Shown here in pieces: positions 49,481-58,224 of a DNA stretch of 64,000 nucleotides. Each line of letters opens with the position of its first letter. The stretch's first letter is position 1. Under the pieces are notes generated by a model. It searched no databases and was not told the origin of the DNA. It worked only from the letters and a program-made list of their open reading frames with translations. A program made the position numbers and the translations under genes. The DNA is from Candidatus Moraniibacteriota bacterium (GTDB lineage Bacteria; Patescibacteriota; Minisyncoccia; Moranbacterales; UBA1568): contig JAUSGT010000002.1 of assembly GCA_030648835.1 (NCBI GenBank), forward strand, positions 200,081 through 264,080, in the 5' to 3' direction.

Positions 49481-49502
49481 AAGTTATTTTTTATAGTATT
49501 GA

Positions 49503-49632
49503 TCGTAAGCAACCTTTCCGGGAGCCTTTCGTTCGTCCAGCGACGAACTCTCTGTGTGAACTTTTTTCGATCCGCCGAATCGGCGGCACCATGCTCGAAA
49601 AAACTTCAACCCTCCCAGAAAGATTCTTACGA
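49503..49632. repeat. Structured repeat family C, copy 2
   Basis: Aligns to 11487-11616. Confidence 0.85.
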
Positions 49633-49669
49633 CAATACTACCTACACTTTAGTTTTTATAATTTCTATT

Positions 49670-50569
49670 ATGCATATCATCGGTCATCATATAATCAGAG
49701 AGAGACTGGGAAAATTTGTGCGGGGGAACAAGATTTCTCAAGGCTATCTTTTTTCCGGACCGCAAAGCGTGGGGAAAAGTCTTTGCGCTTTGGAATTCGC
49801 CTCTGTATTGGTGGACGAACCGGATTTTGAACCGAGTGAAGCCAAACCGCATCCTTTTGACGTGCTCATTATTCGGCCGGAAGAAGTTACGAAGCATGGT
49901 GTCACGAAAGCGAAAAGCATCGGGGCAGAGGCGATGCGTGAGGCGTTGCAGTTTTTGGGGCGCTTTCCAGCGGAGGGGCGCTTCCGGGTTGTCATTATTG
50001 AGGATGCCCATAAGCTTACCCAAACCGCCCAGAACAGTATCCTCAAAAGTCTTGAGGAGCCGAAGTCCACTGCCGTGATAATTCTCGTGACGCATGAAGG
50101 AGGGGCTATCCTATCGACGGTCCTCTCGCGTGTCGAACGTGTTCGTTTTGATTATGTTCCTTCCGAAGAAATAAGGAGGGATATTTTGCCTGTGAAAAGT
50201 GGAGAACGCGCGCTGGCGCCATTTTTCTTTTCTTTGGGGCGACCAGGAATAATCCTTCGGGCAGAGCGTGATCCGCAAAGCTTTGAAGAAGAGCGAGGGA
50301 AACTGGAGAGGCTCTTTCGTCTTTCGGCACTCACCCTTGGAGAACGGCTTGGGTTGGCGGAAGAACTGGCAAAAAATGTTTCTGAAACACTGCGGTTGCT
50401 CGAGTGGTGGTTGCCGGGACTTCATACACAGGCTCTCAAGGGTACCGATACACGCCATACGACACGTTTCTTCTGGCTTTTGGAAGCGGTGGAAGAAACA
50501 CTGGCTCTCCTCAAGGCGACCCAGAGTAACGCGCGGTTACTCTTAGAAAAACTTTTCCTCTCAGTATAG
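49670..50569 (+). CDS. holB: DNA polymerase III subunit delta'
   Basis: YLFSGPQSVGKS, VVIIEDAHKLT..AQN..LK.LEEP, TVLSR. Confidence 0.88.
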   Translation: MHIIGHHIIRERLGKFVRGNKISQGYLFSGPQSVGKSLCALEFASVLVDEPDFEPSEAKPHPFDVLIIRPEEVTKHGVTKAKSIGAEAMREALQFLGRFPAEGRFRVVIIEDAHKLTQTAQNSILKSLEEPKSTAVIILVTHEGGAILSTVLSRVERVRFDYVPSEEIRRDILPVKSGERALAPFFFSLGRPGIILRAERDPQSFEEERGKLERLFRLSALTLGERLGLAEELAKNVSETLRLLEWWLPGLHTQALKGTDTRHTTRFFWLLEAVEETLALLKATQSNARLLLEKLFLSV

Positions 50570-50633
50570 TGTTGTCAGTCGCCCGCCTTGATGAGTCGGC
50601 GAGGCAGGTAAGTGGTTAGTTGTCAGTTATTCT

Positions 50634-51605
50634 ATGTGGTTTACATCAAAACAGACGAAACAAAAACACCAGGAAAATACAGCGACGCAGTTCTTGCGTA
50701 AGGGAATGCCTGTGCAGCACAAGCACCGCACGGTGGCAAAGAAGAACTACCGCATCATCGGGGCGGGTACGTTTTTTCTTTGGATATTTTTCTTTGGAAC
50801 GCTTTTCTACACGGCCTTTTTTTCCATATTTTTTTTCATCACCCCACCACGGATTACCGGGATGAGTGAAGTTTCTGAAGAAAGACTGCGTGGATTTATC
50901 GATGGTCAGCTGTCAAAAAAATATTTTCGGATTTTTCCCCGGAATAATTTTTTCTTGGTACAGCCACGGGACTTAGAAGAGCGGCTACGCTTGGAATATC
51001 CGCTTCTGGCTTCTGTCTCCGTCACACGTATTTTTCCGAATAGCCTTTCTGTCGAGGTGGTGGAGCGCGAAAAAATAATTCTTTGGAATTCCTTGGGCGG
51101 ATCTTACCTTATCGACGAAGAAGGAGTGGCACACGATAGTGCGCAGGCGCTTCTTCCGGAGAATGCGCCGTACGTGTTTTCCATCACCGATATGAGCAAC
51201 AAGAAAGTGACTCCGGGAGAAAAAGTTTTTGATACGAGCTATGGAGTCTTTGCTATTCGGGTAAATGAGCTTTTCTTGCAGCAGTTGGGGTTGACGCTTG
51301 AGTCGCACTATACAACGGCTTCTCGTTTCGCCGATGAACTTCGTGCCAAGACGAGTGAGGGATGGGAAGTGTATTTTGGAACCACTCTTCCGATCGAATC
51401 ATCGCTCAGTGTGCTCAAGCTTCTTTTTGAGAAAGAACTCCCACAGGAGCGGCGGGCGCATTTGGCCTATATCGACTTGCGCGCGGAAAACCGAGCGTAT
51501 TATGCGTTTCGCGAAGGAGAGAATATAGAAAGTCCAAGCACTGTTTCTCTTCCAACGCCGACAGAGGAAAAGAAAATCAGCGCTCCCTCGAAGAAAAAGA
51601 AGTAA
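50634..51605 (+). CDS. FtsQ/DivIB-like cell division protein
   Basis: Single TM helix, POTRA-like V.V.R.FPN.L.V.V.ER, C-terminal YIDLR. Confidence 0.75.
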   Translation: MWFTSKQTKQKHQENTATQFLRKGMPVQHKHRTVAKKNYRIIGAGTFFLWIFFFGTLFYTAFFSIFFFITPPRITGMSEVSEERLRGFIDGQLSKKYFRIFPRNNFFLVQPRDLEERLRLEYPLLASVSVTRIFPNSLSVEVVEREKIILWNSLGGSYLIDEEGVAHDSAQALLPENAPYVFSITDMSNKKVTPGEKVFDTSYGVFAIRVNELFLQQLGLTLESHYTTASRFADELRAKTSEGWEVYFGTTLPIESSLSVLKLLFEKELPQERRAHLAYIDLRAENRAYYAFREGENIESPSTVSLPTPTEEKKISAPSKKKK

Positions 51606-51717
51606 TAAGGGAAATGTATTGACATGATGGTTAAAACGGTGAATAATGAACGGATACCTTAACAATCCAGTTTTTCGATAAATATTGGAAGTCGCATAAA
51701 TCACAAGGAGGCTTATC

Positions 51718-52173
51718 TTGAATACAATGATTCGCGTTGACCGTTCTAAGGACCCCGTTTACCCGGACTTCATAAAAGGGGCAATACACCCCGAGATGGC
51801 GAAAAGTGGTCCGGAAGAATATGATTTTTCCAAGCTTCCTGGCGTTCTCTGGTTTCATGAAGACCAGATGATTAAAGGTTTCAGTCACCCGTCAGCGATT
51901 TACCAATTTCTCAAGGAACAGCAGATGTTTGAAGACTGTTTGGCGCTTAGCGATGGCATGGAAATTGCGAAGAAAGATGCCCGCATCTTCCGCTTATTGT
52001 TTCCTGGGGAAAAGCTTTTTCTCTGGAGATCCGTTGCACAGGACAAGCATAATGACTTGTGCGTTCCATATCTCATGGAACGCAAAGGTCTTATCTATGG
52101 GGATTGGCACTGGTTTGATTTCAGCATAGACAATAACTCTCCAGCGGCGCGTTTTCCTCAGGTTAGCCTCTGA
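51718..52173 (+). CDS. Hypothetical protein resembling DGR target C-termini
   Basis: AAGGAGG upstream of the TTG; C-terminus VPYL...DWHWFD....PAARF; hairpin at 52223-52254 downstream. Confidence 0.7.
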   Translation: MNTMIRVDRSKDPVYPDFIKGAIHPEMAKSGPEEYDFSKLPGVLWFHEDQMIKGFSHPSAIYQFLKEQQMFEDCLALSDGMEIAKKDARIFRLLFPGEKLFLWRSVAQDKHNDLCVPYLMERKGLIYGDWHWFDFSIDNNSPAARFPQVSL

Positions 52174-52333
52174 CCCAGATTTTTTCGAAAACATCAAATT
52201 GATATCCCTGTGCTCTTTTCGCCCCCGTCTTTACCCAGCGTCTGGTAAAGCGGGTTTTTTATTACCAAACGAAGTGAGTGTAGTGAAAGTAGACTTTCAC
52301 TACCGAGCGCAGTGCCGGTAAAATCGGGTTGAA

Positions 52334-52405
52334 TACCCCGCGGCTTGCCGCGGATATGAAACGAGCTTGAGCTCGTTTCAGGGTCCAGGGTAAGCCCATG
52401 GGGTA
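52334..52405. mobile_element. Miniature palindromic element resembling IS200/IS605 end hairpins
   Basis: TACCCCGCGGCTTGCCGCGGA and an inverted TACCCCATGGGCTTACCCTGGA flank the palindrome TGAAACGAGCT-TG-AGCTCGTTTCA. Confidence 0.45.
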
Positions 52406-52427
52406 AATACCTGTTATTTTATATTCT

Positions 52428-54314
52428 TTATGGTTTTTGGATGTAGTAGACGAAGATGGAGTCGCCGGCACGAGTCACTGGAGTTATATCTTTGAGCCAG
52501 GCATAATTGCGTTCGCCGGGCTGTTTTGTTTTATAGAGGCTCTGCTGATAGAAGAAAGACGAAATGGCATACCAGCCAGCTTCCGGTTCGCGAGTGTCCC
52601 ACCAGCCGATATATTTGTCTTTGAGATAATAAGCTGGACTGGCTCCGCCGAAATAATCGATGCGGATTTTGTCGATGCGCGGGAAATTTGCGCCAAGAGG
52701 ACAGTCTGTATAGATGCTTGTTTCTTTCTCGTCTTTGCAATTGTTTTGATGTTCGACAAAATTTTGCAGGTGTTTCAGGTCCTGACCCCAGTCGTAGTTG
52801 GAGTCGGTGACATACTTATAACCATTGAGATGCCCACCGGCAGCGGCGTTGAAATAAGAAAGATAATTCGGGTAGGCGAGGATAGGAATAGCTATAATTG
52901 ACAACGTCAATCCGCCAAGAATAATTGAAAGAACCTTTTTGGTTGTTTTGTTGTTTTCGTGGCGTCTGAAGAGATCAAAAGCAGTTTTTGCTATGAGCAT
53001 ATACAGAAACGGAAGAATTGGGAAAAGATGGCGGAAGCCGATATTGAGATTCCCAGTGATACTGATATAACTATAAAAAAGAATAAAAAATACAGCGAGA
53101 TACTCAGTGATGTTATTTTGGAAAGAACGAGAAAGGAAAGAAACCCCATCGGTTGATTTTTCGCGAATAACAACTCTTCCCATGCGGTAGAGAGCGTAGA
53201 GAGAAGTAAAAGCGAGAAGAAAAAGAAAGGGCAGCGTTTCTTTGAGGAGGAAAACAACAGGGAAATACCATGGTGAGGCAAGGTTGGTTACGGTACCGAG
53301 AAAGTAATGGTCATTGCCGCTGGCGACGCGAGCAAAGACCATGAAGACACCGAGGAAATATTCACTGAGTGGCTTAAGGAAATTGCTCTCGCTTGTCTTG
53401 ATCACGAATGCGTGCGCGAACTGTGCAAGTTGGTTTTTTTGTCCGAGCGAGAAGTTGGCGGCATCGACAAGTTTTTCTGCCGGCATATTGATTGTGTTCC
53501 ACGCGTACAGCAACCAAATAAGCGCGAAACAGATGAGGACACTCCCGGCAAATTTAAGGCCGTATTTAAGGATTGTTTGAAGTGTAAAAGAAAGAGAGCT
53601 TCGTTTATCATCGGCAGTTTTTTGTTTTGTGATGGCATAGAGGATAACAAAAAGTCCAAAAACAGGAAATAGCAGGACTGCGGAAAATTTGGAGAGCTCC
53701 GCTAGCCCCAGAAAGATTCCTGCTATAAAGACGTTTTTGAAACTTGGCTTTTTCAAGAAACGGATGAAAAAATAAAACGCGAAGAAAATGAAAGCGGCGA
53801 TGCCGATGTCGGTCGTCACATAGTGGTTGTGAGCGATGATATTGGGGTCGAAAGCATACAAGGTAACCGCGAAAAGTCCTGCCAGTGTCCCCGCCAGTTC
53901 TCTGGTCCAGATGAAGATAACGAAACCGAGTATGACAGCAACCAGAGTAACAGGGATGCGTGACCAGAAAAGGATGGTATCAGCGTCATTGCAAATGACA
54001 TCCGGTCGCGTGCAATTGACGAACATATCGCCGATAGCCCACTGTTCGTTAATACCGGATTGCCACTGAGGCGTGTCGATGGGAAAAGATGGCTGCAAGA
54101 AAAGAAGTGGAAGTCCCGCGAGATCTTTGAGGAGGGGCGGGTGTTCGGGATTGAGACGCATATCACCGTAACGAACATAGCTATAAGCAGCCGGAATGTG
54201 AGCCTTTTCGTCAAAAATCATGGATTCTTGTTTGGATACCGAAAGAGACAGAACAAAATGGAAGGCAAGAATCCCGGTGACAATGAGAAACGCGTGTTTT
54301 TTTAAGAAGTTCAT
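52428..54314 (-). CDS. ArnT/PMT-like (GT-C) membrane glycosyltransferase
   Basis: FDEKAH, NPEHPPLLK, VTTD, KFS, GFRHLFP, DSNYDWGQDL; many TM segments. Confidence 0.88.
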   Translation of the reverse strand: MNFLKKHAFLIVTGILAFHFVLSLSVSKQESMIFDEKAHIPAAYSYVRYGDMRLNPEHPPLLKDLAGLPLLFLQPSFPIDTPQWQSGINEQWAIGDMFVNCTRPDVICNDADTILFWSRIPVTLVAVILGFVIFIWTRELAGTLAGLFAVTLYAFDPNIIAHNHYVTTDIGIAAFIFFAFYFFIRFLKKPSFKNVFIAGIFLGLAELSKFSAVLLFPVFGLFVILYAITKQKTADDKRSSLSFTLQTILKYGLKFAGSVLICFALIWLLYAWNTINMPAEKLVDAANFSLGQKNQLAQFAHAFVIKTSESNFLKPLSEYFLGVFMVFARVASGNDHYFLGTVTNLASPWYFPVVFLLKETLPFLFLLAFTSLYALYRMGRVVIREKSTDGVSFLSRSFQNNITEYLAVFFILFYSYISITGNLNIGFRHLFPILPFLYMLIAKTAFDLFRRHENNKTTKKVLSIILGGLTLSIIAIPILAYPNYLSYFNAAAGGHLNGYKYVTDSNYDWGQDLKHLQNFVEHQNNCKDEKETSIYTDCPLGANFPRIDKIRIDYFGGASPAYYLKDKYIGWWDTREPEAGWYAISSFFYQQSLYKTKQPGERNYAWLKDITPVTRAGDSIFVYYIQKP

Positions 54315-54322
54315 AGAGAGAA

Positions 54323-55966
54323 TTATTCTGGGAGAAGAAAATTATCTTTTAGTTTGGGGAGAACCACAACGTTGAAATCTCCTCCGGTGCGCTCCGGCCC
54401 GTTCATATCGATGTGTTCAACATACGCCTCCGGATACAGTTTCTGAATCTGCCCGGTGAGGACATCATTGTAATTGAGCATAAGAAATATTCCGGGTCGG
54501 TGAAGAACCGTATCTTTTTGCACGATTTCGAGGCGGTCAACCTTATGATAGGTGAGAAAATAGACCGGGTGAGCGAAAACAGGTAAGGTGGAGAGGTTGT
54601 TGTTGCCTTTCTCGTCAATGAGCACATACTTATATGTTTCTTTCGGTAAAGAAATGAGGTAGCGGGCCATATTGGTGTAGTTTTCGTTAAAAGAAGCGGC
54701 GGCAGATTCATTGTGAGTGAAGAAAACAAAATATTTTGTGAGATTGAAAACAGCGCTCCCCAAGAGAGCGACGATAAGGAGCGAAAAGAGGGCAACGCGG
54801 GCTCCGGTTTGCGCACGAAGGGCCTTGCGGATTATCCAAAAAGCCGGGAGAGCGGCCATGAGAAAAACCGGCGCCTGTGTGCCGATGGAGCGGAGCGCGT
54901 GTGGCAAACTCTCATTGGTGAGGAATTCGGGCATGAGCATAACAAAAAACGATCCGAGGAGAAAAAAATCCGTGATGAGACGCGTATCTCGGTCACCTCT
55001 CCGGATACGCCGACCGAGGAGGATAATCGTTTGCGATATGACAAAGAGAAAGCCAGCGAGGAAAAATGTTCCGACAAAAGGATCGAGAATCGGATAGGGA
55101 GGATAATTGTGGCGGAAATTCTGGTCACCGAAGAAGTTGTACTTTATGAGTGATAGGGAAAATGTTTTTGCCAGTGTTCCGAAGGGGTCCCCGTGATTGG
55201 CTTCCGCCGAAAAGACAGAAATATGGGATGAACGCGAAGCAAAGTCTTCCGGATGCAAAACGAAAAAATGATAGAGCATGGGCATTGCCGCGATGAGCGC
55301 TGCCAGAAAAAAGAGCGCCGCGTGTTTCCAAAAACGGCGGAGAAAATTTTCGTATGAGAGGATCAGGGCGGGAAGAAGAATGATGAGGATGAGGGGGGCG
55401 ACGCGAAAGGCGATATACGTGTGTAATCCCAACCCAAAGAGAAGTCCGGAAAAGATGAAATCGTGGAATTTTCTCGTGCGGAGCCCGCGAAAGAAAAAGT
55501 AGAACGAAAAAGAGAGGAGGAAGGTCGTCATGATGGCTCGAAAACCGATGCGGGAGAAATTGATCGCCCAATAGGAAGTGGCGAGCATAAACGCGGCAAG
55601 GATGCCCACGATACGGCGGTGGAAGAGTTCTTTTCCCAAAAGATAGATGCCAAGGACGGAAAAAGTTCCGAAAAGAATAGACCAGAGTTTCAGTCCGGTG
55701 ACAGTGTTGCCGAAGATGGCGATCGAGAATGCCTGCAGATTGATAAAGAGTCCTTCACGTCCGAAATTGGCGGGGTAGAAAAGTTTGAAGTCTTTGCTCT
55801 CGAGAGCGTGAAGGGCGTCAACACCATTGGCGGCCTCGTCGGGGTAGAGTCCGGCGGGGGCGGTTTCGATGTGGTAGATCCTGACGGTGAAGGCGAGAAT
55901 GAGGATGACAGCGAGAGCAACCCACGTCGCGATGTGGTGAGGAAGATGAGTGGAACGCTGACTCAT
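54323..55966 (-). CDS. ArnT/PMT-like (GT-C) membrane glycosyltransferase
   Basis: GLYPDEA, GREGLF, FSRIGFRA, HTYIAFR, PHALR. Confidence 0.88.
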   Translation of the reverse strand: MSQRSTHLPHHIATWVALAVILILAFTVRIYHIETAPAGLYPDEAANGVDALHALESKDFKLFYPANFGREGLFINLQAFSIAIFGNTVTGLKLWSILFGTFSVLGIYLLGKELFHRRIVGILAAFMLATSYWAINFSRIGFRAIMTTFLLSFSFYFFFRGLRTRKFHDFIFSGLLFGLGLHTYIAFRVAPLILIILLPALILSYENFLRRFWKHAALFFLAALIAAMPMLYHFFVLHPEDFASRSSHISVFSAEANHGDPFGTLAKTFSLSLIKYNFFGDQNFRHNYPPYPILDPFVGTFFLAGFLFVISQTIILLGRRIRRGDRDTRLITDFFLLGSFFVMLMPEFLTNESLPHALRSIGTQAPVFLMAALPAFWIIRKALRAQTGARVALFSLLIVALLGSAVFNLTKYFVFFTHNESAAASFNENYTNMARYLISLPKETYKYVLIDEKGNNNLSTLPVFAHPVYFLTYHKVDRLEIVQKDTVLHRPGIFLMLNYNDVLTGQIQKLYPEAYVEHIDMNGPERTGGDFNVVVLPKLKDNFLLPE

Positions 55967-56096
55967 AAACAGTATTATCTTTTTGTTTTTTATGGTAGAA
56001 TTATAGCAGAAATAACGGATATTTACTACTCCAGAGTGGAAGCAAACTTCCACTATACTTGCTTTGTTTGGTAATAAGCAAAAAAGAAAAACTAAA

Positions 56097-58160
56097 ATGG
56101 GTGGTTTCATGGAGTTTAGCCGCAAGTTGATGGGGAGAGCCGGAGATGAAAAATCTTCCGGTGGTTTGGCGTTGTCTGGATTGAATCCTCAGCCCGGAGA
56201 AATAATTTTTACCGATCGACACGTGACAATGCCAAAAAAAGAAGTGATTGCTGAAACTGCCGTAGCCAAGGCTGCTTTGGATTTGGTCAAGAGAGTGAAT
56301 GGAAAAAACCATACTGTAGCCCCAGCTTTCCGTTTGGGGACCGGAGAAGTTTTTGCTTCTTCGCAGGGGGAGGATGGTGTACGGAAAAATATTGCTTCGC
56401 CACCGGTTCAGCCGGCAGTGGAGAAAGTAGCGGTTTCAAAAATGGATGTCAGCGTAAAGGAAGACGCTGGCTTACAGCAGGCTACCCCGAGTGACACAGG
56501 AGAAAATATTGGTAGGGTTAAGGAAGTATCGGAAGACCTAGGGAGTCAAGGCGCTACTATGAGAGTACACACGGAAACTGGAAGTATAAGGGGTAGTAAA
56601 AAAATAACGATGGAGCATCCGTTTCAAGCGGTTGAGAAAAGCCATTTACGTAGGAGCGCCAAGCATTTGAGAGAAGGAGATTTATCTGATCAGGTGAGAG
56701 AAGGGTATCTGAAACAACTTACGAAAGTTCAGGCGAGAAAACGGACGGCTACCAAAGAGGATGTTACAAAAGCGAGATCCTTACGAAAGGGTATTTTAGG
56801 AAGTATTGAGCAAAAAAAGATCGATACCGCAGATCAGGCTCAAAGAGAAGAGGAAGAACACCGAGTAGAGCAGGAAAAACTTGCTCGCCTTGAAGCTTTT
56901 AAGAATGAGAATCCGGACTATTATCAAAAGTACGAAGGGGAGATAGCAAAACTCGAGCCGGCCTTCGCTCAAGAGTTTGAAGCCAGCAGGGAGGCTTACA
57001 AGACGTGGGAGCTTTCTTTGAAAAGAAGTGATGGTAAGCTGTTGAAATCTCAAGAGGAAAGCCCGGAGAAAGCAGAAGCGCAGGCTCGTATGGCTGCAAT
57101 GGATGTGCGTTTTCACAAAATGGCAGATCTTGTAGAGGAATTCAATAACCTTGATACGCGCCTTCCGGAAGATGGTCTCAAAGGGCTACTGCTTCTTACG
57201 GAGATGCGCGCGTTGGAAAAAGAAATGCCCAAGAATGCCCAGGAGAAAAAGAAAAAGGTTCTTGACAAACAAAAAGAGATGTATGGGAGCGAGGAACCGA
57301 ATGTGGAACTTATTGAAAAAGGGCATATTCAGGTACTTATCAAGAGAGAGTTGGAAGTGTTGAAAAGAAATTGCGAAAAAGTTCGCGAAAGAGAGCTATT
57401 CATGACAAATAATTTCCCTAACATCGGACAACTGGAAGACCACATACAGTCATTGGCAGATTTGGCTGATTCTTTCGATGATGAGACACCGATGGCGGAG
57501 GTGGAAAAAGCGCTAGAAGAGTTGAGAACACTCGAAAACATGGCTTTTAGTGAAACGCCTCCCGAAAGAGGTAAACCTTTTGGAAAAAAAGCCGGAATAA
57601 AAAGATTGCGGGATGACAAAGAAGTTGCTGGGGGTGCTAAGGGGGAGAGAAAATTTGTGAGAAATCGCGGGGATAAACGAGATCTGGCGTTGGATGAAAC
57701 AGGCGAAGGCGCGAGTCAAGAACCGATTCCGGACAAGCAAAAGAGCGATATGTTACCACAAGGAAATACAGGTGATACGGCTGATGCGGCATCTGATATT
57801 GAGACGTTCCCTATGGATGAACTACCGTCATTCGAAACGGTCGTCTCGGAGAGTGAACGGCAGGGGATTGTTGGAGAGTTACAAGGATTTATAGATGGAG
57901 GATTAGTTGATATTGTCGATTATTTGAAAGAGACAGGAAACAAAGAACTGGGAGCATTGTTAAATAGTAAAAGCCCAGAAGACATAAAGGTGATGGACGA
58001 AGTAGTTCAACCTCTTCTGGACACGATTAGCACGAGTATGCTGAATGTTGCAATCGCATGTGGGGAGAGAATAAAATCTGCAACGCCGGATATTGTAGTT
58101 TCTGCTATTCATAAAAAAGGAACCGATTTGTTAATCGAGGCACAGATGCGATACCTATGA
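56097..58160 (+). CDS. Large charged hypothetical protein
   Basis: About 690-aa uninterrupted ORF, E/K-rich coiled-coil character. Confidence 0.8.
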   Translation: MGGFMEFSRKLMGRAGDEKSSGGLALSGLNPQPGEIIFTDRHVTMPKKEVIAETAVAKAALDLVKRVNGKNHTVAPAFRLGTGEVFASSQGEDGVRKNIASPPVQPAVEKVAVSKMDVSVKEDAGLQQATPSDTGENIGRVKEVSEDLGSQGATMRVHTETGSIRGSKKITMEHPFQAVEKSHLRRSAKHLREGDLSDQVREGYLKQLTKVQARKRTATKEDVTKARSLRKGILGSIEQKKIDTADQAQREEEEHRVEQEKLARLEAFKNENPDYYQKYEGEIAKLEPAFAQEFEASREAYKTWELSLKRSDGKLLKSQEESPEKAEAQARMAAMDVRFHKMADLVEEFNNLDTRLPEDGLKGLLLLTEMRALEKEMPKNAQEKKKKVLDKQKEMYGSEEPNVELIEKGHIQVLIKRELEVLKRNCEKVRERELFMTNNFPNIGQLEDHIQSLADLADSFDDETPMAEVEKALEELRTLENMAFSETPPERGKPFGKKAGIKRLRDDKEVAGGAKGERKFVRNRGDKRDLALDETGEGASQEPIPDKQKSDMLPQGNTGDTADAASDIETFPMDELPSFETVVSESERQGIVGELQGFIDGGLVDIVDYLKETGNKELGALLNSKSPEDIKVMDEVVQPLLDTISTSMLNVAIACGERIKSATPDIVVSAIHKKGTDLLIEAQMRYL

Positions 58161-58224
58161 TAGAAAAAATATAAGGTGTATTATAGGAGAATAAAAGTAG
58201 ATACAAACTTATTTACGAACTCAT

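Noticed and set aside
52040-52160. Second VR of the same TR
   Set aside because: The resemblance is at protein level only; many non-adenine nucleotide differences
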